A stretch of DNA of 64,000 nucleotides from assembly GCA_016124655.1 (NCBI GenBank), contig WGNI01000011.1, positions 64,196-128,195 of the forward strand, given 5' to 3'. Source of the stretch: Alphaproteobacteria bacterium (lineage in GTDB: Bacteria; Pseudomonadota; Alphaproteobacteria; Caulobacterales; Aquidulcibacteraceae). Below the pieces are notes generated by a model that saw nothing but the letters and a program-made list of their open reading frames with translations, did no database searches and was not told the DNA's origin. The position numbers and the translations under genes were made by a program. Shown piece after piece: positions 1 through 9,659 of this stretch (positions are counted from its first letter, which is position 1; the number at the start of each line of letters is the position of its first letter).

Positions 1-280
1 CGAAGCGCCGCAGAACACCCGAGTCGTGATCGTCGGCATCGCGCCGGATGAAGAGAGCTTTCTTCCGGTCCTGTCGGTGATGCGCGAGCACGTCTTCATC
101 TTTGTGATCTACTACACGCCGGAAGAGTTCGCGGAGGCGCTCGATCTTGTCCGGAGAGGGGCGATCGACTGGCGTCTTCTCGTCACCGGCAAGGTTGGGC
201 TCGACGGCGTCAGTCAAGCCTTCGCGGATCTTGCCGATCCTGAACGCCATGCGAAAATCCTGATCGATCCTTGGGCTTGA
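1..280 (+). CDS. Zinc-binding alcohol/polyol dehydrogenase, C-terminal fragment (gene begins upstream of window)
   Basis: The ORF is open from the window edge. The C-terminal sequence ...LDLVRRGAIDWRLLVTGKVGLDGVSQAFADL... is typical of the MDR/sorbitol-dehydrogenase family tail. Confidence 0.5.
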   Translation, partial: EAPQNTRVVIVGIAPDEESFLPVLSVMREHVFIFVIYYTPEEFAEALDLVRRGAIDWRLLVTGKVGLDGVSQAFADLADPERHAKILIDPWA

Positions 281-296
281 GGCCAGTGGGGCGAGG

Positions 297-1196
297 ATGA
301 TCGAGGGCGCTACTATCCGGTCCGTCAGCGTCGATGCGTTGAGCTTCACGGTGCACGAGATTGGCGCGGGCCGCCTGGTACTTTGCTTGCATGGGTTTCC
401 GGACACTGCGCGCACGTTTCGCGTGCTGCTGCCGGCGTTGTCGGCGGCGGGGTATCGCGCGGCGGCGCCCGTGATGCGTGGATACGAGCCTTCCTCCAAG
501 CCTGCCGATGGCGACTACAGCATGGCTGCGCTGTCCCAGGACGTGCTTGCGATTGCAAACGCACTGGACGATGAGCCCGCGCATCTTGTTGGCCATGACT
601 GGGGCGCAAGCATCGCGTATGCGGCGGCGTCGCGCGCGCCACACCGGTGGCTTTCCTTGACGACGCTCGCCGTGCCGCATCCGGCTGCCTTCGCGGCGAA
701 TCTTGCAGCGGACTACGGTCAGCTTCGTCGCTCTTGGTACATGTATCTGTTTCAGATGCGCGGGATGGCGGAAGCGATCGTAGGCGGCGAGGACTTCGCG
801 TTTCTGCGCGCCCTTTGGCGCGACTGGTCGCCGGACTACACGCCGGACCCCTCGGATATGGCGGCGCTCTTCGAGACCTTCTCGAAACCCGGCGTGCTCG
901 AAGCGGCGCTCGCCTATTATCGGACAGCGTTCGATCCCGCAGCGCCGCGGGCAGGGGAAAGCGCTGCGATCTGGACCGCGCCCGTTGCTGCGCCCACGCT
1001 GGGCCTGACGGGCGAAAGAGACGGCTGTATTTCGCCGGACATCTTCACGCGCTCGATGCCTCAAGCGATGTTCGCGCGCGGCGTGGACGTGCGACGTGTT
1101 CGGGACGCGGGGCATTTTCTGCATCTGGAGCGCCCTGACGAGGTGAATGCGTTGATCATCGCGTTCCTTGCGCGTCACGGAAAGCATCGAGAATAG
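297..1196 (+). CDS. Alpha/beta hydrolase, epoxide-hydrolase-like
   Basis: ATG start at 297. It carries the HGFPD oxyanion-hole motif and the GHDWG nucleophile-elbow motif. Confidence 0.7.
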   Translation: MIEGATIRSVSVDALSFTVHEIGAGRLVLCLHGFPDTARTFRVLLPALSAAGYRAAAPVMRGYEPSSKPADGDYSMAALSQDVLAIANALDDEPAHLVGHDWGASIAYAAASRAPHRWLSLTTLAVPHPAAFAANLAADYGQLRRSWYMYLFQMRGMAEAIVGGEDFAFLRALWRDWSPDYTPDPSDMAALFETFSKPGVLEAALAYYRTAFDPAAPRAGESAAIWTAPVAAPTLGLTGERDGCISPDIFTRSMPQAMFARGVDVRRVRDAGHFLHLERPDEVNALIIAFLARHGKHRE

Positions 1197-1209
1197 GAAT
1201 GGCTGTGCG

Positions 1210-1875
1210 ATGAGGATTGCTTTTGTCGCCTATGACGGCATGACGCTGCTGGATCTTGTCGGTCCGTACGAGGTGCTTACCCTGTGGCCGGACGCCGAGG
1301 CGTTCGTTGTCGCTGAGCGCGCCGGCGTGGTGACGCCAGACAGCCGGACCTTGCCGGTCGTTGCGTCGCATGCGTTCGCAGACGCGCCAGACGCAGACCT
1401 CATCGTGGTCCCGGGTGGCCCTACGCCCGAAGAAGCGCGACGACACAACGCGCTGCACGCCTGGCTCAAGGCGGCGGCTCCTTCCGCACGAGGGGTTTTC
1501 TCCGTCTGCACCGGCGCGTTTCATTTGGGAGAGGCAGGGCTTCTCGGCGGCAGGCGGGCCACCACGCATTGGGCCGCGCTTGCGGACCTCGCGCGCTTCG
1601 GCGCCACGCCGCAGGAAGCGCGCTGGGTTGAAGACGGGGTGGTTCTCACATCGGCGGGTGTTTCGGCGGGCATCGATGCCGCGTTGCATCTGACGGCGCG
1701 CCTGTATGGCGAAGACTTGGCGCGCGCGATCCAGCTGATGATCGAATACGATCCTTCGCCGCCCTTCGACGCGGGCTCTCCCGCGACGGCAGGTGCGGAG
1801 ACGATGCAGAGTTTCGCGGCCCTGCTTGGTCCGGCGATCGCGCGCCGACAGCCGCAACTGCGTGCCTCTGTTTAG
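1210..1875 (+). CDS. DJ-1/PfpI family protein (GATase1-like)
   Basis: It has the VCTGAF nucleophile elbow and a YDPSPPFDAGSP C-terminal region. The internal ATG at 1210 is preferred over the TTG at 1168, which overlaps the upstream gene. Confidence 0.65.
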   Translation: MRIAFVAYDGMTLLDLVGPYEVLTLWPDAEAFVVAERAGVVTPDSRTLPVVASHAFADAPDADLIVVPGGPTPEEARRHNALHAWLKAAAPSARGVFSVCTGAFHLGEAGLLGGRRATTHWAALADLARFGATPQEARWVEDGVVLTSAGVSAGIDAALHLTARLYGEDLARAIQLMIEYDPSPPFDAGSPATAGAETMQSFAALLGPAIARRQPQLRASV

Positions 1876-1893
1876 GAATGGCGTGCGGCCGTC

Positions 1894-2763
1894 TTATTCT
1901 GAGAGCACCGCGAAGCCCTGATCTATCGCGAGGGCGCCTGCGCCATTGCGGGCCTCGAAGCGGATGACGCCGCCGGCCTGCGCGTGGCGCACTTCGATGG
2001 TCTCGCCCGGAATGACCATGCCGACGAAGCGGCCTGAAATGCGCTTAAGCCGCGCCACATCGCTGTCTGCATAGGCCCGCAGGATCTCAAGCCCCGCCAG
2101 CGCCCACGTTGCGGTGCCGTGCAGGATGATGTCCGGCAGACCGGCTGCGAGCGCGACGGCGCGTTCGGTGTGGATCGGATTCCAGATGTCGGCGCACTCG
2201 GTATAAACGTGCGGCGCGCCTTTCGAGATCTGAATCGTCCGACGCGTTGCGTTCTCGGGCAGGGCAGACCCAGTGCCTAAAGGCGGGCTCGGCGGTTCGT
2301 CGATAACGGCGTCCGCGCCGTCCAACGCCACACCGCGATAAATCGAGCTCGACCAACTCGTGATGACCGGCTCTCCGCTGCGCGCGTCGACGGTAGTGAG
2401 CTTAAACGTGGTGAAGACGCCTGCGCGCGTGGCGCGGGCCAATACAAGACGGCCATGAGTGCGAAGCTCGTCACCCGGACGCAGGGGGCGGTGAAACTCC
2501 GAGTCCTGAATCGCGTGGACGCCGCGTATCGCTTCCTCTTGAGAAAGGCTTGCGGACATGCCTTCGCGTGAAGAGACGAGAACTGGCCATTCCAGGCTCA
2601 CGCACTGGAATGGAAGCGCGCGGAGTCCGCCGGCCTGCACGTCATCGAGAAAGGACGGTTCGGTCGCGTCGAGTCCGGCGGCGTAAGCGAGGATTTCCCG
2701 TGTCGTCAGGGTGCGCGCTGAGGATTGCAGCTCGAGGCCGACACGGCTTGCAGGAAAGGGCAT
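1894..2763 (-). CDS. MaoC-like (R)-specific enoyl-CoA hydratase/dehydratase with a double hot-dog fold
   Basis: 289 aa with ATG start. Its two-hotdog architecture is typical of hydratase-2/MaoC proteins. Confidence 0.55.
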   Translation of the reverse strand: MPFPASRVGLELQSSARTLTTREILAYAAGLDATEPSFLDDVQAGGLRALPFQCVSLEWPVLVSSREGMSASLSQEEAIRGVHAIQDSEFHRPLRPGDELRTHGRLVLARATRAGVFTTFKLTTVDARSGEPVITSWSSSIYRGVALDGADAVIDEPPSPPLGTGSALPENATRRTIQISKGAPHVYTECADIWNPIHTERAVALAAGLPDIILHGTATWALAGLEILRAYADSDVARLKRISGRFVGMVIPGETIEVRHAQAGGVIRFEARNGAGALAIDQGFAVLSE

Positions 2764-2778
2764 GGGAGTCGTTCCGGA

Positions 2779-4077
2779 TCAACTCACCGCATCGCGTGCG
2801 ATGGTTCGTGAGGCGAGGTAGAAGTGAAGGCTCGCTATGGCGAGTGCAAGCGTGGCCCCGAGGAGAGCGAAGCGCAGACTTAGCTCCTGGAACGTCGGCG
2901 CCAGCAAGTCGCTGACGAATCCCACGGTGAAAGGACCCGCGCCCATGCCTGCGAAGGCGGAAATGAACATCATTATGGCGATCGCCGTCGCGCGCAATCT
3001 TGTCTCGGCGACGGACTGCAGCGCTGCGAGCGCGACGCCTCCGCCGCTTGCAACGACGAAGCTGGCCGCGAACTTAAGGGCGAGCGCGACCCACGGGTCG
3101 GGCCAAAGGAAGACGGCGAGATAGATCGGGCAGCCGAGACCGTAGGCGAGCGCCGGCGCCCAGAGCTCCCAACGACGGTCATGCACGATAAGGCGCGCGG
3201 CAATGACGCCCCCAAGCAGAACGCCGACGATGCCGCCAAATCCCGACGAAAGACCGGACCACACGCCGATCTCTGTCAGCGTCAGCCCATGCACGCGCAT
3301 AAAGAACGCCGCGAGCCACTGCGCGATGGCGTAGGTGCCGAAGGCGCCGATCGTCAGGCCAAGAACGAGATGCACGAAGGTGGCCCGTCGCGACAGAACG
3401 CGTAGACCTTCTAGCATCGTCACAGCGGGTTCTTCTGAAGCACCAATCTGGCGATTTCCGAAGACGCGGGTCTCGCGCACGGTAAAAAGAACGATGAGTC
3501 CGAGCAGGAGGCCCGGTGCGCCGACGACGAAGAAGGCGATGCGCCAGCCGTACGCATCCGCGAGATAGCCGGTGGCCATCAGGCCGAGCGACAGTCCCGC
3601 CAGACCGCCAGCCTGGAACACGCTAATGGCGAAGGCGCGTCGCGGACCTGGAAAGTAATCGCCCAGCAAGGAATGCGACGCCGGCACGCAACCGGCCTCG
3701 CCTAGTCCGACTCCGACACGCGCCAGGAGGAGATGCGTGAAATTCGCCGCCGCTCCGCAGGCGGCGGTCATCGCGCTCCAAAGCACGATGCAGCCGGAAA
3801 GGATGCGCGTGCGCGAGCGTTTGTCCGCAAGGCGGGCGAGAGGAACGCCGAACGTTGCGTAGAGCGCCGCAAATGCAAAGCCCGACAGCAAGCCGATCTG
3901 GGTGTCGGAAAGACCGAGATCCGCCTTGATAGGCTCGACGAGAACCGCGAGCACCATGCGGTCCATGTAGTTGAAAAAGCTCACCATCGCGAGCACGCCG
4001 AGGACGTAATACTTGTACGGGCTAGCGGTCTTGGCAGGAGCCACAGCGCCCTCGCGCACCTGGTGCAACGTTGTCAA
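2779..4077 (-). CDS. MFS transporter
   Basis: 432 aa with about 12 predicted hydrophobic helices and the MFS motif GxLaDrxGrR (LARLADKRSRTR). It uses a TTG start. Confidence 0.7.
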   Translation of the reverse strand: MTTLHQVREGAVAPAKTASPYKYYVLGVLAMVSFFNYMDRMVLAVLVEPIKADLGLSDTQIGLLSGFAFAALYATFGVPLARLADKRSRTRILSGCIVLWSAMTAACGAAANFTHLLLARVGVGLGEAGCVPASHSLLGDYFPGPRRAFAISVFQAGGLAGLSLGLMATGYLADAYGWRIAFFVVGAPGLLLGLIVLFTVRETRVFGNRQIGASEEPAVTMLEGLRVLSRRATFVHLVLGLTIGAFGTYAIAQWLAAFFMRVHGLTLTEIGVWSGLSSGFGGIVGVLLGGVIAARLIVHDRRWELWAPALAYGLGCPIYLAVFLWPDPWVALALKFAASFVVASGGGVALAALQSVAETRLRATAIAIMMFISAFAGMGAGPFTVGFVSDLLAPTFQELSLRFALLGATLALAIASLHFYLASRTIARDAVS

Positions 4078-4138
4078 CCGCGCCTCCCGAACGTCTTGCG
4101 GGGGAGACTAACGGCAAAATCAGGCGCTGATCAATTGT

Positions 4139-4801
4139 TTAGTTTGCTTCTTGGGCCGAGGATTTCCTGGCACGGTCCTTTGGAGGCAATACGCCGCGAT
4201 AGATGAGTGAGAGATACGCACGGTGCCGGCGCTTCCAGAGGTCGGCTTCAAATCCCGACCGGCCGAGGATTTTGGTGACGTACGGATCGAGCAGTGACGT
4301 GCCGAGCTCCAGATAGACCATGAGAAAGGGAAGCCAGAGCCGGTCCACATCGGGGCGAAGGAGCCCCTGGGCGTCCATCCTGTCGATCGACGCGCGAGCG
4401 ATGCTGAAGAATTTCTCGAACACGCTTGCGCCCCATTCGCTTTCTTCCAGCAGCGCGCGACGAAAGTATTGCACCGTGACGGGCCAAGTTGATTGATGGC
4501 GCGCGATCCAATCATCTACCCACGCGAAGAAATCCTCCATCCGCATCTGCCCCATGGAGGGCGCCGCGGAGTCGAGCACTTCCTCGAACTGACGGATGAA
4601 TTTGGCGTCCACCGCCTCGCGAAGGCCTTCCTTCGATCCGAAATGGTGATTGATTAGGCCGACCGAGACGTCGGCTTTGGCCGCAATGTCGCGCACGGTC
4701 ACGCTGTCGAAGCCGTGTTCCGCGAAGAGCTGCATGGCTTCGTCGAGGATGCGCTCGCGTCCATTCGAGCGGTCGGGAATTGGCGTTGCGGCTTCGGTCA
4801 T
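4139..4801 (-). CDS. TetR/AcrR family transcriptional regulator
   Basis: It has an N-terminal HTH (RERILDEAMQLFAEHGFDSVTVRDIAAKADVS). The ATG at 4801 is preferred; the track ORF extends to a TTG at 4852. Confidence 0.75.
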   Translation of the reverse strand: MTEAATPIPDRSNGRERILDEAMQLFAEHGFDSVTVRDIAAKADVSVGLINHHFGSKEGLREAVDAKFIRQFEEVLDSAAPSMGQMRMEDFFAWVDDWIARHQSTWPVTVQYFRRALLEESEWGASVFEKFFSIARASIDRMDAQGLLRPDVDRLWLPFLMVYLELGTSLLDPYVTKILGRSGFEADLWKRRHRAYLSLIYRGVLPPKDRARKSSAQEAN

Positions 4802-4948
4802 CGCAGTCTCGTACTCAACGATCGTGATCAGACGCGCCCGCCGCGTCGTCAAGTGCGAGCGGAGCGGGGAACGAGCGTCAGGCTTGCACAGCAGGGGCGG
4901 ACGCGCTATCGCAGACTGAACAAACGTTCAAGTTTGGTGGAGGGATGC

Positions 4949-6151
4949 ATGCGAGAGGCGATGATCGTGTCTACGGCGCGTACCGGGATCGGCAAGGCCG
5001 TTCGGGGAAGCTTCAACGACACACACGGCATTGTTCTGGGCGGCCATGCCCTCAAGCACGCCATGGCGCGCGCCAAGGTCGAACCCGCCGAGATCGAGGA
5101 CGTGATCATCGGGGCCGGCATGCCGGAAGGCGCAACCGGCAATCTCGGACGGACATCTGCCATTTGGGCGGGATGCCCGAACACTGTTTCCGGATCCACC
5201 GTTGCGCGCTTCTGTTCTTCCGGCCTTCAGGCGATTGCCTTCGCGGCGGGGCGAGTGGTCAACGAGGGCGTGCCGGTGATGGCGGCCGGAGGGGTGGAGT
5301 CCATTTCGCTCGTGCAAATGAGCGGGCATATGAACCGCCATCGGGTGGTCGAGGAGCAGCTCTACGCACAGCAGCCGGCGCTCTGGATGAGCATGATCGA
5401 AACGGCCGAAGTGGTCGCGGAGCGCTACGGCGTCTCTCGGGAGACGCAAGACGCATACGCTCTGGAGAGTCAGCAGCGCACCGCAGCGGCGCAGGCGGCC
5501 GGCCTGTTCGACGACGAGATCGTGCCAATCACGGTCAAGTATCGTCAGATAGATAAAACCACCAAGGAAGAGACCTTGGTCGAGCACACCGTCAGGGGCG
5601 ATGAATGCAATCGCGCCCAGACAACGCTCGCGGACTTGCAGAAGCTTGAGCCCGTGCTGCGCGGAGGCCAGCGCATTCAGGAGGGCAGGTTCGTCACTGC
5701 CGGCAATTCGAGCCAGTTGTCGGATGGCGCAAGCGCATGCGTGCTGATGGAGAGAAAGGAAGTCGAACGTCGTGGATTGGCGCCGCTGGGAGTCTTTCGC
5801 GGGTTCGCCGTTGCAGGATGTGATCCGGACGAGATGGGCATTGGGCCTGTCTTCGCCGTGCCGCGCCTTCTGGAGCGACATGGCCTGAAGGTGGACGACA
5901 TCGGGCTGTGGGAGCTGAATGAGGCCTTCGCGTCGCAATGCATCTATAGCCGCGACAAGCTCGGCATCGATCCCGCGAAGTACAACGTGAACGGCGGCTC
6001 GATCTCCATTGGCCATCCCTACGGGATGACGGGTGCCCGATGCGTCGGCCATGCCCTCATCGAAGGCAAGCGGCGCAGGGCTAAATACGTGGTCGTGACC
6101 ATGTGTGTCGGCACCGGCATGGGCGCAGCGGGTCTTTTCGAAGTGGCTTGA
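4949..6151 (+). CDS. Acetyl-CoA C-acyltransferase (thiolase)
   Basis: Thiolase signatures are present (IVSTARTGIGKA..., NEAFASQ, GGSISIGHPYGMTGAR). The internal ATG at 4949 is preferred over the long upstream extension. Confidence 0.8.
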   Translation: MREAMIVSTARTGIGKAVRGSFNDTHGIVLGGHALKHAMARAKVEPAEIEDVIIGAGMPEGATGNLGRTSAIWAGCPNTVSGSTVARFCSSGLQAIAFAAGRVVNEGVPVMAAGGVESISLVQMSGHMNRHRVVEEQLYAQQPALWMSMIETAEVVAERYGVSRETQDAYALESQQRTAAAQAAGLFDDEIVPITVKYRQIDKTTKEETLVEHTVRGDECNRAQTTLADLQKLEPVLRGGQRIQEGRFVTAGNSSQLSDGASACVLMERKEVERRGLAPLGVFRGFAVAGCDPDEMGIGPVFAVPRLLERHGLKVDDIGLWELNEAFASQCIYSRDKLGIDPAKYNVNGGSISIGHPYGMTGARCVGHALIEGKRRRAKYVVVTMCVGTGMGAAGLFEVA

Positions 6152-6168
6152 GGGCGGGAGGAGGCGAC

Positions 6169-7044
6169 ATGCTTCGTCTGACAGAAGCGCAAAAGGCCTT
6201 CTACGAAAGGGAAGGGTATCTCCTCTTGCCCGGTTATTTGTCGCGCGAGTGGATCGTACGTCTCACCGAAGCGATGAAGCGATTCATCGCGGAGAGCCGT
6301 ACGCTTTCCAGCTCTTCGGCGTCGATACTTGTCGAGCCGGGCCATACTCTCGAGGCGCCGCGCCTTCGCCGCATTCCCCAGACAGTCGCCTTCGATCCGG
6401 ACTTCGAGGCGTTTGGATTGCGCGGCCCGGTCGTCGACATCGCCGAAGACGTGTTGGGCTCCGATGTCCGCTTCCATCACTCGAAGCTGAATTTCAAATG
6501 GTCAGGCGGGGGCGAAGAAATACGCTGGCATCAGGACATCCAGTTCTGGCCGCATTCGAATTACTCGCCGCTGACGATTGGCGTCTATCTGACCGATGTT
6601 GATGACGAGATGGGGCCGATGGGCGTGGTGCGCGGAAGTCATCGCGGTCCGCTCTACAGTCTCCGGGACGAAGCCGGCGCGTGGACAGGCGCGCTATCCG
6701 ACGATGAAGTGCGTGCGATCGACCCGTCGTCTGTCGCTTGGCTGAAGGGGCCGATAGGTTCAGTCACGATCCATAATTGCCGCGCCGTTCACGGCTCCAT
6801 GGCGAACCGGTCGCCGCGGACGCGGCCGCTCTTGCTGCACACATACGCTGCCGCAGACGCGATTCCGCTGACACGGATCATGGACGGCGTGGCGCACGCC
6901 AATGCGATGGTCCGCGGATCGCCCGCTACGCATGCGCGGTTCGGCGATGTTCCGTGCCCAATGCCGCCGGCATGGGAAAAGGGTCAGTACAGTTCGATCT
7001 TCGCATCGCAAAAGCGTGAGACCGCCGGTGCGATGGACTCTTGA
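6169..7044 (+). CDS. Phytanoyl-CoA dioxygenase (PhyH) family Fe(II)/2OG oxygenase
   Basis: PhyH-like motifs are present (WHQD, HxD...H). The ATG at 6169 is preferred. Confidence 0.65.
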   Translation: MLRLTEAQKAFYEREGYLLLPGYLSREWIVRLTEAMKRFIAESRTLSSSSASILVEPGHTLEAPRLRRIPQTVAFDPDFEAFGLRGPVVDIAEDVLGSDVRFHHSKLNFKWSGGGEEIRWHQDIQFWPHSNYSPLTIGVYLTDVDDEMGPMGVVRGSHRGPLYSLRDEAGAWTGALSDDEVRAIDPSSVAWLKGPIGSVTIHNCRAVHGSMANRSPRTRPLLLHTYAAADAIPLTRIMDGVAHANAMVRGSPATHARFGDVPCPMPPAWEKGQYSSIFASQKRETAGAMDS

Positions 7045-7051
7045 GGCGCCG

Positions 7052-7804
7052 CTAGTTCCGGTAGCTCGGATCGATCCGGTCTAGCTTTCTGAGCAGTGTG
7101 GGCCAGGTGAACTGGCCTGCCCGACCGTCGAACAGCGATACGCTCTGTTCGTGCACCTTCTCGGGGACTCCCTGGTTCGGGATCGAGAGATTGTCGCCGC
7201 CCGCCTGCGCCCGGATCTGCATCGTGCAGGCGCGTTCAAGAAAATACATGACGAGCCATGCGCCCGCACAACTCGGCCCGACGGCGAGCGTGCCGTGATT
7301 GCGAAGCAGCATGCAGTGCTTGTCGCCGAGGTCGGCGACGAGGCGCTCGCGCTCATCGAGATCAAGCGCAACGCCTTCGTAGTCGTGATACGCGAGGGCG
7401 CCGCGCACCATCATGGCGTGCTGCGTGATCGGCAACAGCCCCTCCGCCCGCGCCGATACGGCCGCCCCGTCATCGGTATGCAGATGCATGACGCACTGCG
7501 CGTCGTCGCGCGCCATGTGCACTGCGCTATGGATGACAAATCCTGCCGGATTTACGATCGCATTCGGATCGTCTACCGGCCGCCCTTCGAGATCGACTTT
7601 AACGAGACTCGAGGCTGTAATCTCTTCGAACATCAAACCGTAAGGGTTTAGCAGGAAGTGATGGTCGGGGCCTGGAACGCGCGCCGAGATGTGCGTGAAG
7701 ATCATGTCGTCCCAGCCTTCCAGCGCCACCAAGCGGTAGAGAGCGGCAAGATCGACCCGCACCCGGCGTTCGGCTTCGTCGAGCTCTGAGTGTCGTGCGT
7801 GCAA
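7052..7804 (-). CDS. Class II aldolase/adducin family protein
   Basis: It shows the aldolase_II N-terminal domain pattern (HLHTDDGAAVS..., RNHGTLAVG). Confidence 0.65.
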   Translation of the reverse strand: MHARHSELDEAERRVRVDLAALYRLVALEGWDDMIFTHISARVPGPDHHFLLNPYGLMFEEITASSLVKVDLEGRPVDDPNAIVNPAGFVIHSAVHMARDDAQCVMHLHTDDGAAVSARAEGLLPITQHAMMVRGALAYHDYEGVALDLDERERLVADLGDKHCMLLRNHGTLAVGPSCAGAWLVMYFLERACTMQIRAQAGGDNLSIPNQGVPEKVHEQSVSLFDGRAGQFTWPTLLRKLDRIDPSYRN

Positions 7805-7819
7805 GGCTAAGTCTCCTTC

Positions 7820-9409
7820 TCAGGCGGCAGCGGTTGTGCGTGCGATGCGCGCCTTGAGCGCCTTGCGATCGATCTTGCCGTTCGGAAGGGCGGGCAGCTC
7901 GGTCTCGAATGAGAACGTCTTGGGGATCTTGTAGTTCGCGATCCGGTCTCGCAGGAATGCTTTCAGATCTTCCGTTGACACCTTTGCGGCTGCATGTGCG
8001 CGAATGTAGGCGTGGCCGACTTCTTGGAACATCGGGTGCAGCTGCGGCACGACGACAGCGATCTCGATGTCGGGGTGCGTAGACAGAACCTGTTCGACTT
8101 CTGCGGGGTAGACATTGTAACCGCCCGACTTGAACATTTCCTTCAGGCGTCCGACGAAAACGAAGTTGCCGTCCTCGCGTTCAACACCGAGATCGCCGGT
8201 GTGCAGAAATCCGTCGTGCGTGAAAGCCTCCGCCGTCTGCTCCGGCATGCGGAAATAGCCTGACATATTGTACGGGCCGCTGATCTGGATTTCACCAACC
8301 TGCCCGCGTGGGCACTCCGTTCCGTCCGGTGTCGCAATGCGCGTGACCGCGCCGGGAAGGGGCTTGCCTATGGTGTCCGCCATCACTTCGAGGCTCGCCC
8401 CGATATCCGTTCGCGTGACGATGCCGCACGTTTCGGTCTGCCCATATACGGACGAAAGGACTGCGCCGCCCGGAGCGATCTTTTCGAGCATGGCTTTGGG
8501 CGTCGCTGCGCCGCCGAACACGATCAGGCGTGTCGAGCGCAGCCGTTCCGCCACTGAAGCAGTTGCCTGGAACATCATCATGAAGCCGGTGGGACTTGCG
8601 ACGAGATAGCTGGGCTGTTCGCGTTTGGAGAGTTCAGCCAGCGCCTCCATGTCGACCCGCGGATGAAAGATCAGGAGACCGCCGTAAGCGAGCACATTCA
8701 TGCAGATGTTGTTGAGCGCGCCAACATGATTCATCGGCGCCGCGCAGATCGCCGATTCCAGCCCATCGCCCATCCAGGCGCGATTCGCTTGGGCTGCGCT
8801 GACGATCGCGCGGTGCGAGAGCATTGCCCCCTTGGGATTGCCCGTCGTTCCGGAGGTGTAGACGATCACGGCGATGTCTTCGGGCTCGACGACTGCACGC
8901 GCGCGGTCGAAACGATCGGCGTCTATCGCGCGGCCTGCTTCAATGAAGGCGTCCCAGGCGGCCCCGCGCTTGCGGACCGCGTCGCCCGCCTCCGGCAGGA
9001 TCGGGATGACCACATCCCGGTCAGCGCCTGCGGCGACGAGCTCAGCGACGTAGTCCCGGTCTTCGAACGGCGAGACGGCGAAGATGAGCGCCGGGTCCGC
9101 ATTGTCGACGATGTAGGCGTACTCGGTGCGTTGGTAACGCGGATTGAGGCCGTGCCAGATCGCGCCGATCGAGGTCGTCGCGAGGTAAACCGCCCAGAAA
9201 TCCGTCGAGGGCGGTCCGAGGAGGCCGACACGGTCGCCGCGCTTCACGCCGCGCGCAATCAGGCCCCGAGCGATGGCGTCAACGAGATCCGCGAGGTCGC
9301 GGTAGCTCAAACGTTCAACGCCTCCGACAGCGGCTTCCGCATCGGGGGCTGCGTCCCGTCGGGCGAAAAGGAAGTCGATGATTAGGCGCTCACTTCCGAA
9401 AACCGTCAT
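7820..9409 (-). CDS. AMP-dependent acyl-CoA synthetase/ligase
   Basis: AMP-binding motifs are present (YTSGTTGNPKGAM, GYGQTE, GDLG...DGNFVFVGRLKE). ATG start at 9409. Confidence 0.8.
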   Translation of the reverse strand: MTVFGSERLIIDFLFARRDAAPDAEAAVGGVERLSYRDLADLVDAIARGLIARGVKRGDRVGLLGPPSTDFWAVYLATTSIGAIWHGLNPRYQRTEYAYIVDNADPALIFAVSPFEDRDYVAELVAAGADRDVVIPILPEAGDAVRKRGAAWDAFIEAGRAIDADRFDRARAVVEPEDIAVIVYTSGTTGNPKGAMLSHRAIVSAAQANRAWMGDGLESAICAAPMNHVGALNNICMNVLAYGGLLIFHPRVDMEALAELSKREQPSYLVASPTGFMMMFQATASVAERLRSTRLIVFGGAATPKAMLEKIAPGGAVLSSVYGQTETCGIVTRTDIGASLEVMADTIGKPLPGAVTRIATPDGTECPRGQVGEIQISGPYNMSGYFRMPEQTAEAFTHDGFLHTGDLGVEREDGNFVFVGRLKEMFKSGGYNVYPAEVEQVLSTHPDIEIAVVVPQLHPMFQEVGHAYIRAHAAAKVSTEDLKAFLRDRIANYKIPKTFSFETELPALPNGKIDRKALKARIARTTAAA

Positions 9410-9659
9410 ATTTCAATGGCCTTTTCGCTGCAAGCGGCGCCGGTGTTGCCGTTGGGTCACGCGCCAGACGCCGCTGATTTAACGGCACAATAGCGGGTTG
9501 CAACAAGCTGAGCAATTGTTTAGCACGGTGGTGGTGCTGTTCCGGAGACCCCGGAATGAGCGTGTTCGCAGGTCGTCATGAGTTCGGGGCAGCCGTGTGC
9601 CCCGGCGAAAAAAGAGGCGCGGCGATCCACGCCGGCGCGAAAGACGGGGAGAAGGCGCG

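Noticed and set aside
210-1187. Long antisense ORF (325 aa) overlapping the alpha/beta hydrolase gene; similar Arg-rich antisense or alternative-frame ORFs recur throughout, e.g. 647-1138, 4928-6052, 8663-9385, 33644-35539, 40949-43129, 43397-44905, 54886-57003
   Set aside because: These are Arg-, Pro-, and Ala-rich translations typical of out-of-frame reading of high-GC coding DNA. Each overlaps a well-supported gene on the other strand or frame and has no recognisable domain.
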